A stretch of 64,000 nt of DNA from Parvularcula sp. BBD 1991-13. Lineage in GTDB: Bacteria > Pseudomonadota > Alphaproteobacteria > Caulobacterales > Parvularculaceae. Within the stretch, counting starts at the first letter, position 1. Each line of letters opens with the position of its first letter. The stretch covers positions 32,394-96,393 of the forward strand of contig LYSZ01000010.1 of the NCBI GenBank assembly GCA_001657385.1. Direction: 5' to 3'. The notes beneath the pieces are model-generated. The model searched no databases. It saw nothing but the letters and a program-made list of their open reading frames with translations, and was not told where the DNA came from. The translations under genes were made by a program, and so were the position numbers. Below, piece after piece: positions 1 to 10,844 of this stretch.

Positions 1-106
1 GTCCAGAGTGAACCTCCCACTGAAGACATGCCAACGTTACGAGGGTTATCCCTTATGCGATGAATATATGCCCCTTCGCCCCGGGCTCCAACCGCATGGG
101 CGGAAA

Positions 107-1108
107 TTAACTGTTGCTTAAAAGGCACGCCGCGTACCACCCCCTCGCGTCCGTCCACGCCGCCTCGACCCGCCAGGGGGTCGGCGCGATCAGGGCGTTG
201 AACCGCTCCAGTGTGTATTTATGGGAATTTTCCGTGTGCAGCGTCTCGCCCGCCGCGAAGTTGAAACGGCGTTCGCCGAGGACGATGGCGGTGTCGCGGC
301 GCGCGCGCAGATGCATCTCGATGCGGGCCTCCGCCTCGTTGTAGAACGCCAGATGCTCGAAATCCTCCAGCGCCAGTTCGGCGTCCAGTTCGCGCCGCAT
401 CCGCCGCAGAAGGTTGAGGTTGAACGCGGCGGTCACCCCTTCGGCGTCGTCATAGGCCGCTTCGAGGACGGCCTTGTCTTTTTCGAGGTCGACGCCGATC
501 AACAGTTTGGCGGACGCGCCCAGCGTGTCGGCCGCATTGTCTAGGAAGCGCGCCGCCGCTGTCGGGGCCATGTTGCCGATGGTCGAGCCGGGGAAAAAGC
601 CGAGCCACCGCCGCGCGTCCGGCAGGTGCGGGGCCGGCGGCGGGACGGGGGCGTGAAAGTCCGCGCATATGGCGGCCACCGGCAGGTCGAGCCGTTCGGC
701 CAGCGCCGACGCGCTCTCGATCAGGTGGTCTTTCGAGATATCCATCGCCACATAGGCGACCGGGTCTTTCAGTCCCCGGACAAGCCATTCGATTTTTTCG
801 CTGGAACCCGATCCGTATTCGAAGACCGCGGCGCCCTCGCCGATCGCGGCGGTGATGGCGTCGGCGTGCTCCAGGAACAGCGCGCGCTCCGTGCGCGTCG
901 GGTAGTATTCCTCCAGCCCGGTGATCCGGTTGAACAGTTTCGATCCGGGTTCGTCGTAAAAATATTTCGGCGACAACCCCTTTTGCGGGAGCGACAGTCC
1001 CTCGATGACGTCGGTCCTGAAATCGCCGAGATCGGGATGGAGGTCGAGGAAGAAGGCGAGCGGTCCGTAAGGCGATTTCAAATCGGCGTCGGTCGGGGAA
1101 TAAGTCAC
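107..1108 (-). CDS. egtD: L-histidine N(alpha)-methyltransferase (ergothioneine biosynthesis)
   Basis: Motifs LSPKYFYDEPGSKLF..ITGLEEYYPTRTE, EYGSGSSEK, FFPGSTIGN, GVDLEKD, ETLHTENSHKY typical of EgtD. Confidence 0.93.
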   Translation of the reverse strand: MTYSPTDADLKSPYGPLAFFLDLHPDLGDFRTDVIEGLSLPQKGLSPKYFYDEPGSKLFNRITGLEEYYPTRTERALFLEHADAITAAIGEGAAVFEYGSGSSEKIEWLVRGLKDPVAYVAMDISKDHLIESASALAERLDLPVAAICADFHAPVPPPAPHLPDARRWLGFFPGSTIGNMAPTAAARFLDNAADTLGASAKLLIGVDLEKDKAVLEAAYDDAEGVTAAFNLNLLRRMRRELDAELALEDFEHLAFYNEAEARIEMHLRARRDTAIVLGERRFNFAAGETLHTENSHKYTLERFNALIAPTPWRVEAAWTDARGWYAACLLSNS

Positions 1109-1143
1109 GTTCAGGGCGTCTCCGTTGTGGTGTGTCGGGCGCT

Positions 1144-1743
1144 TCAGGGCGCGGCGTTCCTAATGGCGGTTGATGACAGCGGATTGTCGGTGTCGGAAAA
1201 AAACACCCATGCGGGCGCTTCAGCGTCGGCCAGGCCGCCCGCCCGGTCGGGCGCAACGCGGAACGCCGCGAGGGCGCGCGCCGCCTCGCCCTTCAGCGCC
1301 GCCTCGCCATGGCCGGGGCGGTTGAAGACCGCGATGGGGACAAGGCCGGCGATGCGCCGCCAGTCTTTCCAGCGGTGGAACCCGGCGAGGCTGTCCGCGC
1401 CCATCAGCCAGACGAAGGCCGCGTCCGGATGCAGGTCGGCGAGCCGCTCCAGCGTGTCCGCCGTGTACTGAAGGCCCTGCCGGCGCTCGAAATCGCTGAC
1501 GACGATGTCGGGATGGCCGGCGGTCTCGCGCGCCTGCGCCAGGCGGATTTCATACGGGGCGTAATCGTCCTGGTTTTTCAGCGGATTGCCGGGAGAGACC
1601 AGCCACCACACCACGTCGAGGCCGAGCCGCTCGAGGCCGGCCAGCGAAATTTCGCGATGCCCCTCATGGGCGGGATTGAAGGACCCGCCGAGCAAGCCGA
1701 TGCGGCGGCGCCGCTGCGGCGGGCTGGAGGCGGGGTGCGTCAA
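1144..1743 (-). CDS. nadD: Nicotinate-nucleotide adenylyltransferase
   Basis: IGLLGGSFNPAHEGH (HxGH), WLVSPGNPLK, WLMGADSL, SSTAIR; start placed at TTG 1743. Confidence 0.92.
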   Translation of the reverse strand: MTHPASSPPQRRRRIGLLGGSFNPAHEGHREISLAGLERLGLDVVWWLVSPGNPLKNQDDYAPYEIRLAQARETAGHPDIVVSDFERRQGLQYTADTLERLADLHPDAAFVWLMGADSLAGFHRWKDWRRIAGLVPIAVFNRPGHGEAALKGEAARALAAFRVAPDRAGGLADAEAPAWVFFSDTDNPLSSTAIRNAAP

Positions 1744-1885
1744 GGTCTCTTCTCGCGCCTGCGATCGATCATCGACGCGTACATAAGGGCTCCGGCCGGA
1801 AATGCAAAATCCGCGGCGTCCGATTGCGGCCGCGCCTGACATTCGGGCGGTCGCGCCGACGCGCAACGCCCGCTTTGGCGGCCGG

Positions 1886-2932
<1,047 letters not shown>

Positions 2933-2969
2933 TTACACCCCCCGGCGCCCCGGCGCAAAGGCTCGCCGC

Positions 2970-4601
2970 CTATTGCGGCTCGCCGAGGCGGTCGAGGTTC
3001 ACCGTCGCGGCGTCGTAATTGGCGCGGGCGATGCGCGATTCCAGTTCCGCGGCGAGCAGCCGGATGCGGGTGTCGGCGGCGGTTTCCTCGCGCACGTTGA
3101 CCAGGAAAAAGTCGCTCGCCCCTTGTGCGAAGCGCTGATTTTCCGCGCGCTGCATAATCAGCGCCTGTTCGACTTCGCCCTCCGCGATCGCGGCGACCTG
3201 GAGCGAGACGTCGAGGTCGATGAGGATGTTGCGCAGCTCGATTTCCATCCGCTCCATCGCCTCGCGCCGGCGCTGGGTCAGGGCTTCGGCCTCGGCCCGC
3301 GCCTTTTGCAGCCGGCCGCGCGCCTCGCTGCGCTGGAAGGGAACGGAAAAGCGGAAACCGACGATCGCATCGGTGGAATCGAACGTCGATCCCCCCTCGG
3401 CGATGTCGCCGAGATCGTGGGAGACCTCCGCGCGCACGTCGAACCGCGGCTGCAATTCGTTGCGGTTCAGCTCGATCCGCCGCCTTGCGCGGTCGAGGGC
3501 GACGCGCAGCCGGGCGAGTTCGGGGCGCTGCGCCAGCGCGTCGGCGATGGGCGGCGCGGCGCTGATGTCGAGCGCGCTGATCGGCTCCAGCATCTCGTCG
3601 GGGGGCAGTCGGCGCTCCTGCGGGATCAGGGGCGATCCCGCGGCGTCGCGGTAAAACATGGAAAGGGCGTTCGCCGCCGTCATGAAATCGCGCCGCGCCT
3701 GGGTGGCGAGCCGCTGGCGGCGCATGATGTTCTGGAGGTTCTCGGCGAGGAAAATCTCCGCGATCGCCCCCCGGCGGACCTGTTCCTCCAGGCCCGCCTG
3801 GCGCTGCTCGGCGATGCGCAGCAGGTCGTCATAGACGTCCAGTTGCCGGCCCGCGATGACCCAGCGCCAATAGGCGAGGATGGCGCGATGCTGAACACCG
3901 ATATGGATGAGCAGGCTGTCCAGCTCCGCCTGCTCCAGCGCCAGGCGCGCATCGGCGGTGCGGAACCGCCGGTCGTCGATGGCGCGGTCGCGCAGCAGCG
4001 AGAAAATGGCGCCGACTTTCAACTCGCCGCCGGTATTGGTGAAATTGACGTTCTCATAGATGGGAAAGAACCCGTCCGAACGGCGATAGCCGCCATAAAG
4101 CGTCCCGCCCAGAGGGCGCAGGTTCTGGCGCAGTTCGGTATTGACGACGCGCCCCGTCCAGACCCCGGAGACGCGGTCGAAGCCGTCGGCGGCGAAAACG
4201 AGGTCGAAGGCGCCGTCCGCCGTCAGGACGTCGCCCGCCGCGGCGCGCTCGTTCGCGAACGCCTGCAGGATGGTCGGAAAGTGCGCCGCCGAGGAGCGCA
4301 GGACATCGTCCAGCAGCAACGGTCCGCTCTGAGACGACGGCGGCGAGACCGGGGGCAAGGATTTCAGCGACGGCGCCGCCGGCGGCGCGCGCCGGGCGCT
4401 GAAGGCGGTCTCGCCGGCCTTGAGGCGCTGTTGGGATCGGACATATGGCGCGTCTTGAACGGGCTGGGCGTTTTGAGCAGACTTGGCCTCTTGAACAGGC
4501 TGGGCAGCGGCGCCGGCGGCGAGCCCGGCGTTCGGCGCGGACGCGGTCCAGGCGACAAATCCCGCCGCGGCGCTGGCAAGCGCGTTCAGCCTCATCATCA
4601 A
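2970..4601 (-). CDS. TolC-family outer membrane efflux protein
   Basis: Signal-like N-terminus, helical OEP-type repeats, last gene of ABC-HlyD-OMF operon. Confidence 0.8.
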   Translation of the reverse strand: MMMRLNALASAAAGFVAWTASAPNAGLAAGAAAQPVQEAKSAQNAQPVQDAPYVRSQQRLKAGETAFSARRAPPAAPSLKSLPPVSPPSSQSGPLLLDDVLRSSAAHFPTILQAFANERAAAGDVLTADGAFDLVFAADGFDRVSGVWTGRVVNTELRQNLRPLGGTLYGGYRRSDGFFPIYENVNFTNTGGELKVGAIFSLLRDRAIDDRRFRTADARLALEQAELDSLLIHIGVQHRAILAYWRWVIAGRQLDVYDDLLRIAEQRQAGLEEQVRRGAIAEIFLAENLQNIMRRQRLATQARRDFMTAANALSMFYRDAAGSPLIPQERRLPPDEMLEPISALDISAAPPIADALAQRPELARLRVALDRARRRIELNRNELQPRFDVRAEVSHDLGDIAEGGSTFDSTDAIVGFRFSVPFQRSEARGRLQKARAEAEALTQRRREAMERMEIELRNILIDLDVSLQVAAIAEGEVEQALIMQRAENQRFAQGASDFFLVNVREETAADTRIRLLAAELESRIARANYDAATVNLDRLGEPQ

Positions 4602-4610
4602 AACCGCCCC

Positions 4611-5642
4611 TTACGCGTTTTGTTCAATCTGCCGGTTCGGCGGGAATTCCGGCGGGAAATTGTTCAGCTGACGCCATAATTCGTAGCCGATCGAAACGGT
4701 TTCCAGAAGGATCCAGCCTCGCGCCGACGCGCCGAAGCGGACATAGTCATTGTCAGGCCACGGAACGGTGTAATCCTCGTCTTCCGTGACCAGGACGCGA
4801 AAGCGTCCGTTGGCTTCCGCCGATGCGTCCACCGACACGACCTCGCCGCCGAAGACGCCGACGGAGATCGACGGCCATCCGCTGAACTGGACCGCCGGCC
4901 AGCCCTCGAACTGCAGGCGCACTTTCGCGCCCGGCCGCACCAGCGCGACGTCGCGCCCGTCGATAAAAAGCTCGACGGCGCGCACCGCGTTGTCGGGAAC
5001 GAATGTGGCGACGACCTCGCCCGTATTGACGAAGGTCGCCGCGTCGCCGGCGTTGACGCGCAGGATCATGCCGTCGCGGGGCGCGATCACGGTCTGCACG
5101 GACTGTCGCGACAGGCTCACCTGGATGCGGTTCAGCTCCGCGGCGGCCTCCGCCTCGCGGCCGCGCAGATCGTCGACGCGGATCTGCGCCTGTTCGAAAT
5201 CGCGCCGCGCGGCGAGGCCCTGGTTGTACAGATCCTGCATTCGCTGCAGGTCGATCTGGGCGGTCCGGTGGGCGTTGCGCGCCGCTTCCAGTTTCGCTTC
5301 GATCTGCATTTTTTCCGCCTCAAGACGGTCCAGCAGGAGCGGATCGTTGTCGACGATCTCGACGATCGGCTCGCCCGCCTTGACGCGGCTGCCGTCGCGC
5401 ACGTGCCAGGTTTCGATGCGGCCCGAAACGAGCGCATTGATCTCCTGCAGGCGGTCATTGGGGCTGAGCGCGGTGACGGACCCCGCGCCCGCCGTCGTCT
5501 GCACCCAGGGCACGAAGGTGAGGAACAGAATGATGCTGACCGCGCCGAGCGCCAGGATCCAGGCGACGACCCTCATGACGCCCGGCGTCCTGACGCCGTT
5601 GAGCGCGGTGAAATACTCAGCATGCCTAGCGTATAGCGACAT
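4611..5642 (-). CDS. HlyD-family membrane fusion (periplasmic adaptor) protein
   Basis: N-terminal TM, lipoyl-like VSGRIETWHVRDGSRVKAGEPIV, coiled coil, VRLQFEGWPAVQFSGWP. Confidence 0.88.
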   Translation of the reverse strand: MSLYARHAEYFTALNGVRTPGVMRVVAWILALGAVSIILFLTFVPWVQTTAGAGSVTALSPNDRLQEINALVSGRIETWHVRDGSRVKAGEPIVEIVDNDPLLLDRLEAEKMQIEAKLEAARNAHRTAQIDLQRMQDLYNQGLAARRDFEQAQIRVDDLRGREAEAAAELNRIQVSLSRQSVQTVIAPRDGMILRVNAGDAATFVNTGEVVATFVPDNAVRAVELFIDGRDVALVRPGAKVRLQFEGWPAVQFSGWPSISVGVFGGEVVSVDASAEANGRFRVLVTEDEDYTVPWPDNDYVRFGASARGWILLETVSIGYELWRQLNNFPPEFPPNRQIEQNA

Positions 5643-5648
5643 CGACCT

Positions 5649-7433
5649 TTATTCCCCGATCAGCTTCATTTGCGGGTTGGGTTCGGGAAGCGCGAGGGTC
5701 GGCGCCGGCGGTTCGCCGTAGGCCGCGCTGTAGAAATCCCGGAAATTGTCGAACGCATATTGCTTTTCCGGTTCGAGATAAAGGAACAGATCGAAGCCGA
5801 GGTCGCGCTGCCGGTTGGAGAAGTAGACGACCGTGATCTGCGCGTCCTCGCGCAGGGTTTTCAACGCTTCAGTGAGGCAGTTTTCCGGCATCAGATCGTA
5901 AAGCTGGTTCAGGATCAGCACCCGCGGCCGCGCGATGATAGCGCCGGCGAGCTTGAGCTGCATGGTCTCCGTCAGCGACAGCGGCCAGCCGGTGCTCGCG
6001 ATATGGGTGTCGAGGCCCTCTTCCAGGCGGGCGACGGCCGTTTCCAGGCCGACGGCTTTCAGCGCGGCGAGGGCGCGTTCCGGGGTCGTCGTCTCCGCGC
6101 TCAGGGAGAGATAGTTGCGGATGCTGGTCTCGATGGTCGTCGGCCGGTCGAGCAGCAGGATTTCCTGGCGCAGGGCCGAAGGGTCCGTATCGAGAATATC
6201 CATGCCGCCGAAGCTGATATAGCCGCCCTTGGGCTCGACATTGCGTTTCATCAGTTGCGAGACGAGCCGTTGCAGGCCGTGGTCCGAGGCCGCGGCCATG
6301 ACATTGGCGCCGGCGGGGATCGAGAAGGTCAGCCGCGCCGGCCCGCCGCGGGCCTCGCCGCCGACATTGATGAAGGCGAGCGCCGTGTCGCCGCTCTGGC
6401 GCGGATGCTCGCCGCCGAGGGTGTCTTCCTGCGGCACCTTGTAAAACAGCGACAGCTCGTCGATCGCGGCGCACAGATCGTAGAAATAGTTGAGATACGC
6501 GCCGAACTGGGAAAGCCCGAAGAACGCCGCCGACAGGACCAGCTCGGCGGCGACAAGCTGGCCCAGCGTCAACTGCCCCTGGATGACGAGCCAGCCGCCG
6601 AGCCCGAGCAGCACCGCGCTCGCCGCCGCGTACATGACGAGAAAGGCGAGGGTCTGCGCGAAGTGCTGGCGGAAATGGTCCTTGTGGGCCTCGATATAGC
6701 TCGCGGTGGAGGCGTCGGTGCCTTTCATGGCGTAGGCGATGTGGTGTTTCGATTTGTAAAACCCGTTCGACGAGCCGAGCCCTTCAAGCCAGGCCGCGGT
6801 TTCGTGCTTGCGATGCGACAGCTCCAGCGCGGTGCGGATGGCGCGCCGGCCCCAGGTCAGCCAGATGATCCAGATCGTCGCCACGAGCACGAGGTTGAAG
6901 ATCAGAAACAGCGGATGATAGAGCGAGACCAGGACGAACCCCACCCCCGCCTGAAGAATGACGGTAAAGCCGCCGATCAGGAGGATCGGCATGGTCCTCT
7001 GCACCGTGATGATGTCGAAGTACCGGTTGAACAGCGGCGCGCGGCCCTCGTCGTTGAAAAACGGGTTCTGCGCATAGACCGAGCGCAAGGCGATCTCGGA
7101 GACCATGCGGGCGAAGAACCGGCGGCCGAAAATCTCCATCAGGTGCACGCGCAGCGCATTCAAGAGCCCGGACAAAAGCAAAAGGCCGAACAGGGTTGCG
7201 GAGAGGACGAACAGCGGCTGGGCGAGCCCGGTATGGGCGACGGTGTTGATCAGCATCTGCACCGAAATCGGCGTCGCCAGCGACAGGAAGCTGATGCCGA
7301 GACCGTAGATGATCGCCATCACGTAGTAATCGCGTTCCGGCGCGAGCAGTTTCTTGAAGTAGGAAAACAACTGCGGCACTGATGCGCCTTCGTGGTGGTC
7401 TTTTGCGCTGACTTGGAAGTCGCTGCTCTTCAT
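5649..7433 (-). CDS. Type I secretion-type ABC transporter (TMD + degenerate NBD)
   Basis: Multi-TM domain with GQLTLGQLVAAE; NBD region recognisable but Walker A, signature and Walker B altered. Confidence 0.8.
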   Translation of the reverse strand: MKSSDFQVSAKDHHEGASVPQLFSYFKKLLAPERDYYVMAIIYGLGISFLSLATPISVQMLINTVAHTGLAQPLFVLSATLFGLLLLSGLLNALRVHLMEIFGRRFFARMVSEIALRSVYAQNPFFNDEGRAPLFNRYFDIITVQRTMPILLIGGFTVILQAGVGFVLVSLYHPLFLIFNLVLVATIWIIWLTWGRRAIRTALELSHRKHETAAWLEGLGSSNGFYKSKHHIAYAMKGTDASTASYIEAHKDHFRQHFAQTLAFLVMYAAASAVLLGLGGWLVIQGQLTLGQLVAAELVLSAAFFGLSQFGAYLNYFYDLCAAIDELSLFYKVPQEDTLGGEHPRQSGDTALAFINVGGEARGGPARLTFSIPAGANVMAAASDHGLQRLVSQLMKRNVEPKGGYISFGGMDILDTDPSALRQEILLLDRPTTIETSIRNYLSLSAETTTPERALAALKAVGLETAVARLEEGLDTHIASTGWPLSLTETMQLKLAGAIIARPRVLILNQLYDLMPENCLTEALKTLREDAQITVVYFSNRQRDLGFDLFLYLEPEKQYAFDNFRDFYSAAYGEPPAPTLALPEPNPQMKLIGE

Positions 7434-7560
7434 CTAATCACACTCGTCTGATCGCACTCGTCAATTGTCGCGGCGCCGCGCCGATGGGCAACCTGCCAAG
7501 TGCGCGCGACTTGCCAAATGGGTTGTCGCGCTGCGTTGCACAATAACATCTCCGACGGCT

Positions 7561-7620
7561 TCTTATAAATTTATCCTATCAATACCCTATTTATGATAAA
7601 ATACGATTAATCTCAATAGA
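7561..7620. promoter_or_regulatory. AT-rich regulatory patch with LysR/OxyR-like ATAA-N7-CTAT and ATAA-N7-TTAA boxes upstream of the ABC-HlyD-TolC operon
   Basis: 13/60 GC (22%); ATAA(7565)-N7-CTAT(7576)-N7-CTAT(7587); ATAA(7596)-N7-TTAA(7607). Confidence 0.4.
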
Positions 7621-7978
7621 CTAAGCTTTTCTCCCGGTTGCGTTTGCAAGCCGGTTTTGAGGCGGCTTTTCGCGCCTTCGTCTTCCCTTCATCGCCCCGT
7701 CGCGGTTTGCGCCGCAGCGCCGGGCGTGCGGCGCACGCTCCATCTCGCGTTCCATCTCGCGTTTCATTTCGCAATCCTGGCGGCGCCGTCAACGCTGCCC
7801 GGCAGGTCTTGTCGCCCGCCGGTTTCAGCGTCAGCAGGCGGCGGCTGCTTGCGGCGCGCGCCTTTCTCCCTTACGGCCTCCCTCAAAGGCGCCTGTGGTC
7901 GGGCGGCGAGACGCCGCCATCGCCGCCGCGCGCGCGATCTCAACCCCGCGGTCTCACAGTAGCGAACAAGGAGAGCCC

Positions 7979-9082
7979 ATGACCAGTGTGAATATTCTTT
8001 TCCAGCCGGTCGACCTTGGCGTCATCAAACTCGCTAACCGGATCGTGATGGCGCCCATGACGCGGAGCTTCTCGCCCGGGCATGTTCCGGGGCCGGACGT
8101 GGCCGCCTATTACCGCCGCCGCGCCGAAGGCGATGTCGGGTTGATCCTGACCGAGGGCGTCTCGACCAACACGACGACGGCGACCGGCACGCCGAACGTG
8201 CCGAACATCGTCACCGAAGAGGCCAGGGCGGGGTGGAAAACCGTTGTCGACGAGGTCAAGGCGGCCGGCGGGAAGATCGGCGTGCAGCTCTGGCATGAGG
8301 GGCCGTTCCGCAACCCGTCGAAGACGGCGCATCCCGACATTCCCTCTTGGTCCGCGTCCGGCGAGAAAACGCCCGGCAAACCGCTTTGGGCGCCGATGAC
8401 GGAAGCCGAAATCGAAACCGCCATCGTCGAATTCGTCGACGCCGCGGTCGCGGCCAAGGCGCTGGGGTTTGACTGCGTCGAGTTCCACGGGGCGCACAGC
8501 TATCTCATCGACAGCTTTTTCTGGGCGGCGACCAACCATCGCGACGACCGCTGGGGCGGGCCGGACTGGAAAGACCGCACCGCCTTCGCCTGCGAGATCG
8601 TCCGCCGCGCGCGGGCCGCGGTGGGGCCGGACTTCCCCCTGCTGATCCGCCTGTCGCAATGGAAGCAGCAGGATTTCGCCGCCAAGCCCGCCGCGACGCC
8701 GGACGAGATGCTGGCGTGGCTGACCCCGCTGGTCGACGCCGGCGTCGACATTTTCCACTGTTCGCAGCGCCGTTTCTGGGAGCCGGAATTCGACGGCTCC
8801 GATCTCAACTTCGCCGGCTGGGCGCGGAAGCTGACCGGCAAGCCGTCGATCTCCGTCGGTTCGGTCGGCCTGTCGGGCGAGTTCACCGCCGCCTATGCGG
8901 GCGAGGAATCCGAGCCGACCAGCCTCGACAGGCTGGTCGAGCGCATGGAGCGCGAGGAGTTCGACCTCATCGCCGTCGGCCGCGCCCTGTTGCAGGATCC
9001 GCAATGGGCGATCAAGGTGCGCGAGGGGCGCAGCGATGCGTTGATGCGCTTCACCAAGGACGCGCTCGCCACGCTCTCGTAA
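7979..9082 (+). CDS. NADH:flavin oxidoreductase (old yellow enzyme family)
   Basis: NRIVMAPMTR, GLILTEG, EFHGAHSYLIDSF, RDDRWGG, IAVGRALL; RBS GGAGAG before ATG 7979. Confidence 0.92.
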   Translation: MTSVNILFQPVDLGVIKLANRIVMAPMTRSFSPGHVPGPDVAAYYRRRAEGDVGLILTEGVSTNTTTATGTPNVPNIVTEEARAGWKTVVDEVKAAGGKIGVQLWHEGPFRNPSKTAHPDIPSWSASGEKTPGKPLWAPMTEAEIETAIVEFVDAAVAAKALGFDCVEFHGAHSYLIDSFFWAATNHRDDRWGGPDWKDRTAFACEIVRRARAAVGPDFPLLIRLSQWKQQDFAAKPAATPDEMLAWLTPLVDAGVDIFHCSQRRFWEPEFDGSDLNFAGWARKLTGKPSISVGSVGLSGEFTAAYAGEESEPTSLDRLVERMEREEFDLIAVGRALLQDPQWAIKVREGRSDALMRFTKDALATLS

Positions 9083-9111
9083 CAACGGTTCACCAACAAG
9101 GACGCTCTCTC

Positions 9112-9780
9112 ATGCTGACGGTTCACCATCTTGAAAACTCCCGCTCCCAGCGCGTCCTGTGGATGCTCGAAGAGCTTGGCGCCGAGTATGAAGTCATGCG
9201 CTACGAACGCGATGCGAAGACGAGCCTCGCGCCGGCGGCGCTGAAACGGGTGCATCCCACCGGCAAGTCCCCGATCCTGGAGGATGACGGGGTCGTCATC
9301 GCCGAGACCGGCGCCATCGCCGATTACCTGGTGGACAAGCATGACGGGGCCATGGCCCCGCCGCGCGGGTCGGATGCGTATTTGCGCTATCGCTACTGGA
9401 TACACGCGGCGGAGGGCTCCTACATGCCGCCCATGGTGTTCAGCCTGTTCCTCAACAGGATGGAAACCGCGCCGATGCCGTTTTTCGCGCGCCCGATCGC
9501 CAGGAAGCTCGCGGGCGCGCTGCGGGACGGATATCTCGACGACACGATCGCCGCGCTGTTCGGCTATCTCAACGACGAGCTGGGCAAGAGCATGTGGCTT
9601 GCCGGCGAGGCGTTGACCGCCGCCGACGTCATGATGAGCTTTCCCATGGAAGCTTTCGTCAGGCGCGCGGGGGGCGCGGACGGCTATCTCAACATCGTCG
9701 GGTTCGTCGAGCGCATCCAGGCGCGAGACGCCTACAAGCGCGCCCTTGACCGGGGCGGGCCGTACAACCTGATGAGCTGA
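9112..9780 (+). CDS. Glutathione S-transferase family protein
   Basis: MLTVHHLENSRSQRVLWMLEELG, HPTGKSP, AETGAIADYL, LTAADVMMSF. Confidence 0.92.
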   Translation: MLTVHHLENSRSQRVLWMLEELGAEYEVMRYERDAKTSLAPAALKRVHPTGKSPILEDDGVVIAETGAIADYLVDKHDGAMAPPRGSDAYLRYRYWIHAAEGSYMPPMVFSLFLNRMETAPMPFFARPIARKLAGALRDGYLDDTIAALFGYLNDELGKSMWLAGEALTAADVMMSFPMEAFVRRAGGADGYLNIVGFVERIQARDAYKRALDRGGPYNLMS

Positions 9781-9900
9781 CGCGTCACGATCTCGTGTCC
9801 CGCGCGCCATCGCGACGCCATTTTTGCGGCCCGCTTTGGCCATCGCGCGGCAATACCGATAGATTGCGCCAAAACCGGCGAGGCGACGAAAGAGGATGTC

Positions 9901-10713
9901 ATGAGCATTGCCATGTTGTCTGCGATTTCCCTGATTTGCGCGGATGCGGCGTTGCCGGCCGCGGCGCTGTCGTCGGCCGCGGCGACGCAGGCGGCGGCGG
10001 CGCAGCCTACAAAGGAGGCGGCGCAGGAAACGCCTTTGGCCGCCGCCGAACGCGACATGCCTGCCGCTCCGGGCGCAGCGTCCGCGGCCCCCGGGCGGGA
10101 CGCCGGAACCGCAGATGCGGCGGAGATCGTTGCGGTCCCGAAATCCATCGAGGACGCGCTCGTCTTCGCCGATGAAAGCGACGCCGCGGTGGTGGCGCGG
10201 CTCGAAGCCTATCTGGCGGCGCTGAAAACCCTGAGCGGCGATTTCACCCAGGTCTCGCCGTCCGGCGGGGTGACGACGGGAAAGGTCTATCTGCGCCGCC
10301 CGGGCCTGTTGCGGTTCGAATACGACCCGCCGACCCCGCTGCTTGTCGTCGCCAATGGCGGCCTTGTTTACGTGCGCGACGAGGCGCTGGAGACGACGGA
10401 TTCCTATCCGGTCCGGACGACCCCGCTGAAGTTCCTGTTGCAGCGGAAGGTCGACCTGGAGGACGCGCGGGTCGTCGGCGTCGACCGAGGCGTCGACAAT
10501 GTCGCGGTGACGTTCGCTTCTGCGGACAGCGAGACCGAAGGCGAACTGACGGTCATCGTCTCCGCCCCGGAAATGGCGCTGCGGCGCTGGATCGTGCGCG
10601 ACATCAAAAACGGCGTGACCGTGGTGGCTCTCGACAACGTGAAAACCGGGGAAAGGCTTTCCAATCGGCTGTTCGAAACGCCGGATGCGGGCGGGATTTT
10701 CCTCGATAACTAG
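9901..10713 (+). CDS. lolA: Outer membrane lipoprotein carrier LolA-family protein
   Basis: GDFTQVSPSG..TGKVYLRRPGLLRFEYDPPTPLLVVANGG; long Ala-rich N-terminal extension. Confidence 0.85.
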   Translation: MSIAMLSAISLICADAALPAAALSSAAATQAAAAQPTKEAAQETPLAAAERDMPAAPGAASAAPGRDAGTADAAEIVAVPKSIEDALVFADESDAAVVARLEAYLAALKTLSGDFTQVSPSGGVTTGKVYLRRPGLLRFEYDPPTPLLVVANGGLVYVRDEALETTDSYPVRTTPLKFLLQRKVDLEDARVVGVDRGVDNVAVTFASADSETEGELTVIVSAPEMALRRWIVRDIKNGVTVVALDNVKTGERLSNRLFETPDAGGIFLDN

Positions 10714-10809
10714 GATTTCTCTCACCCCTTCCGGGGCCGGTCCGGGCGCGCGCGGCGCGCCTTTCCGCTTTGTAACCGAGTCACAGGCAAGCTTTTTTTT
10801 GCCGCCCTA

Positions 10810-10839
10810 TTGAAAAACCGAGCTGTGATGCGTTAATGT
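10810..10839 (+). promoter_or_regulatory. Putative sigma70 promoter of candidate sRNA
   Basis: TTGAAA (10810) with TAATGT (10834), 18-nt spacer. Confidence 0.5.
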
Positions 10840-10844
10840 AACAG

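Noticed and set aside
1-106. tmRNA, 6S RNA, tRNA-Sec or glycine riboswitch fragment
   Set aside because: Only short word matches (e.g. TGCCAACG, CTCTGGA); the required conserved contexts are missing
7622-7768. 48-aa minus-strand ORF MKREMEREMERAPH... arising from the 12-bp repeat
   Set aside because: No clear RBS and low-complexity, so likely a repeat artefact
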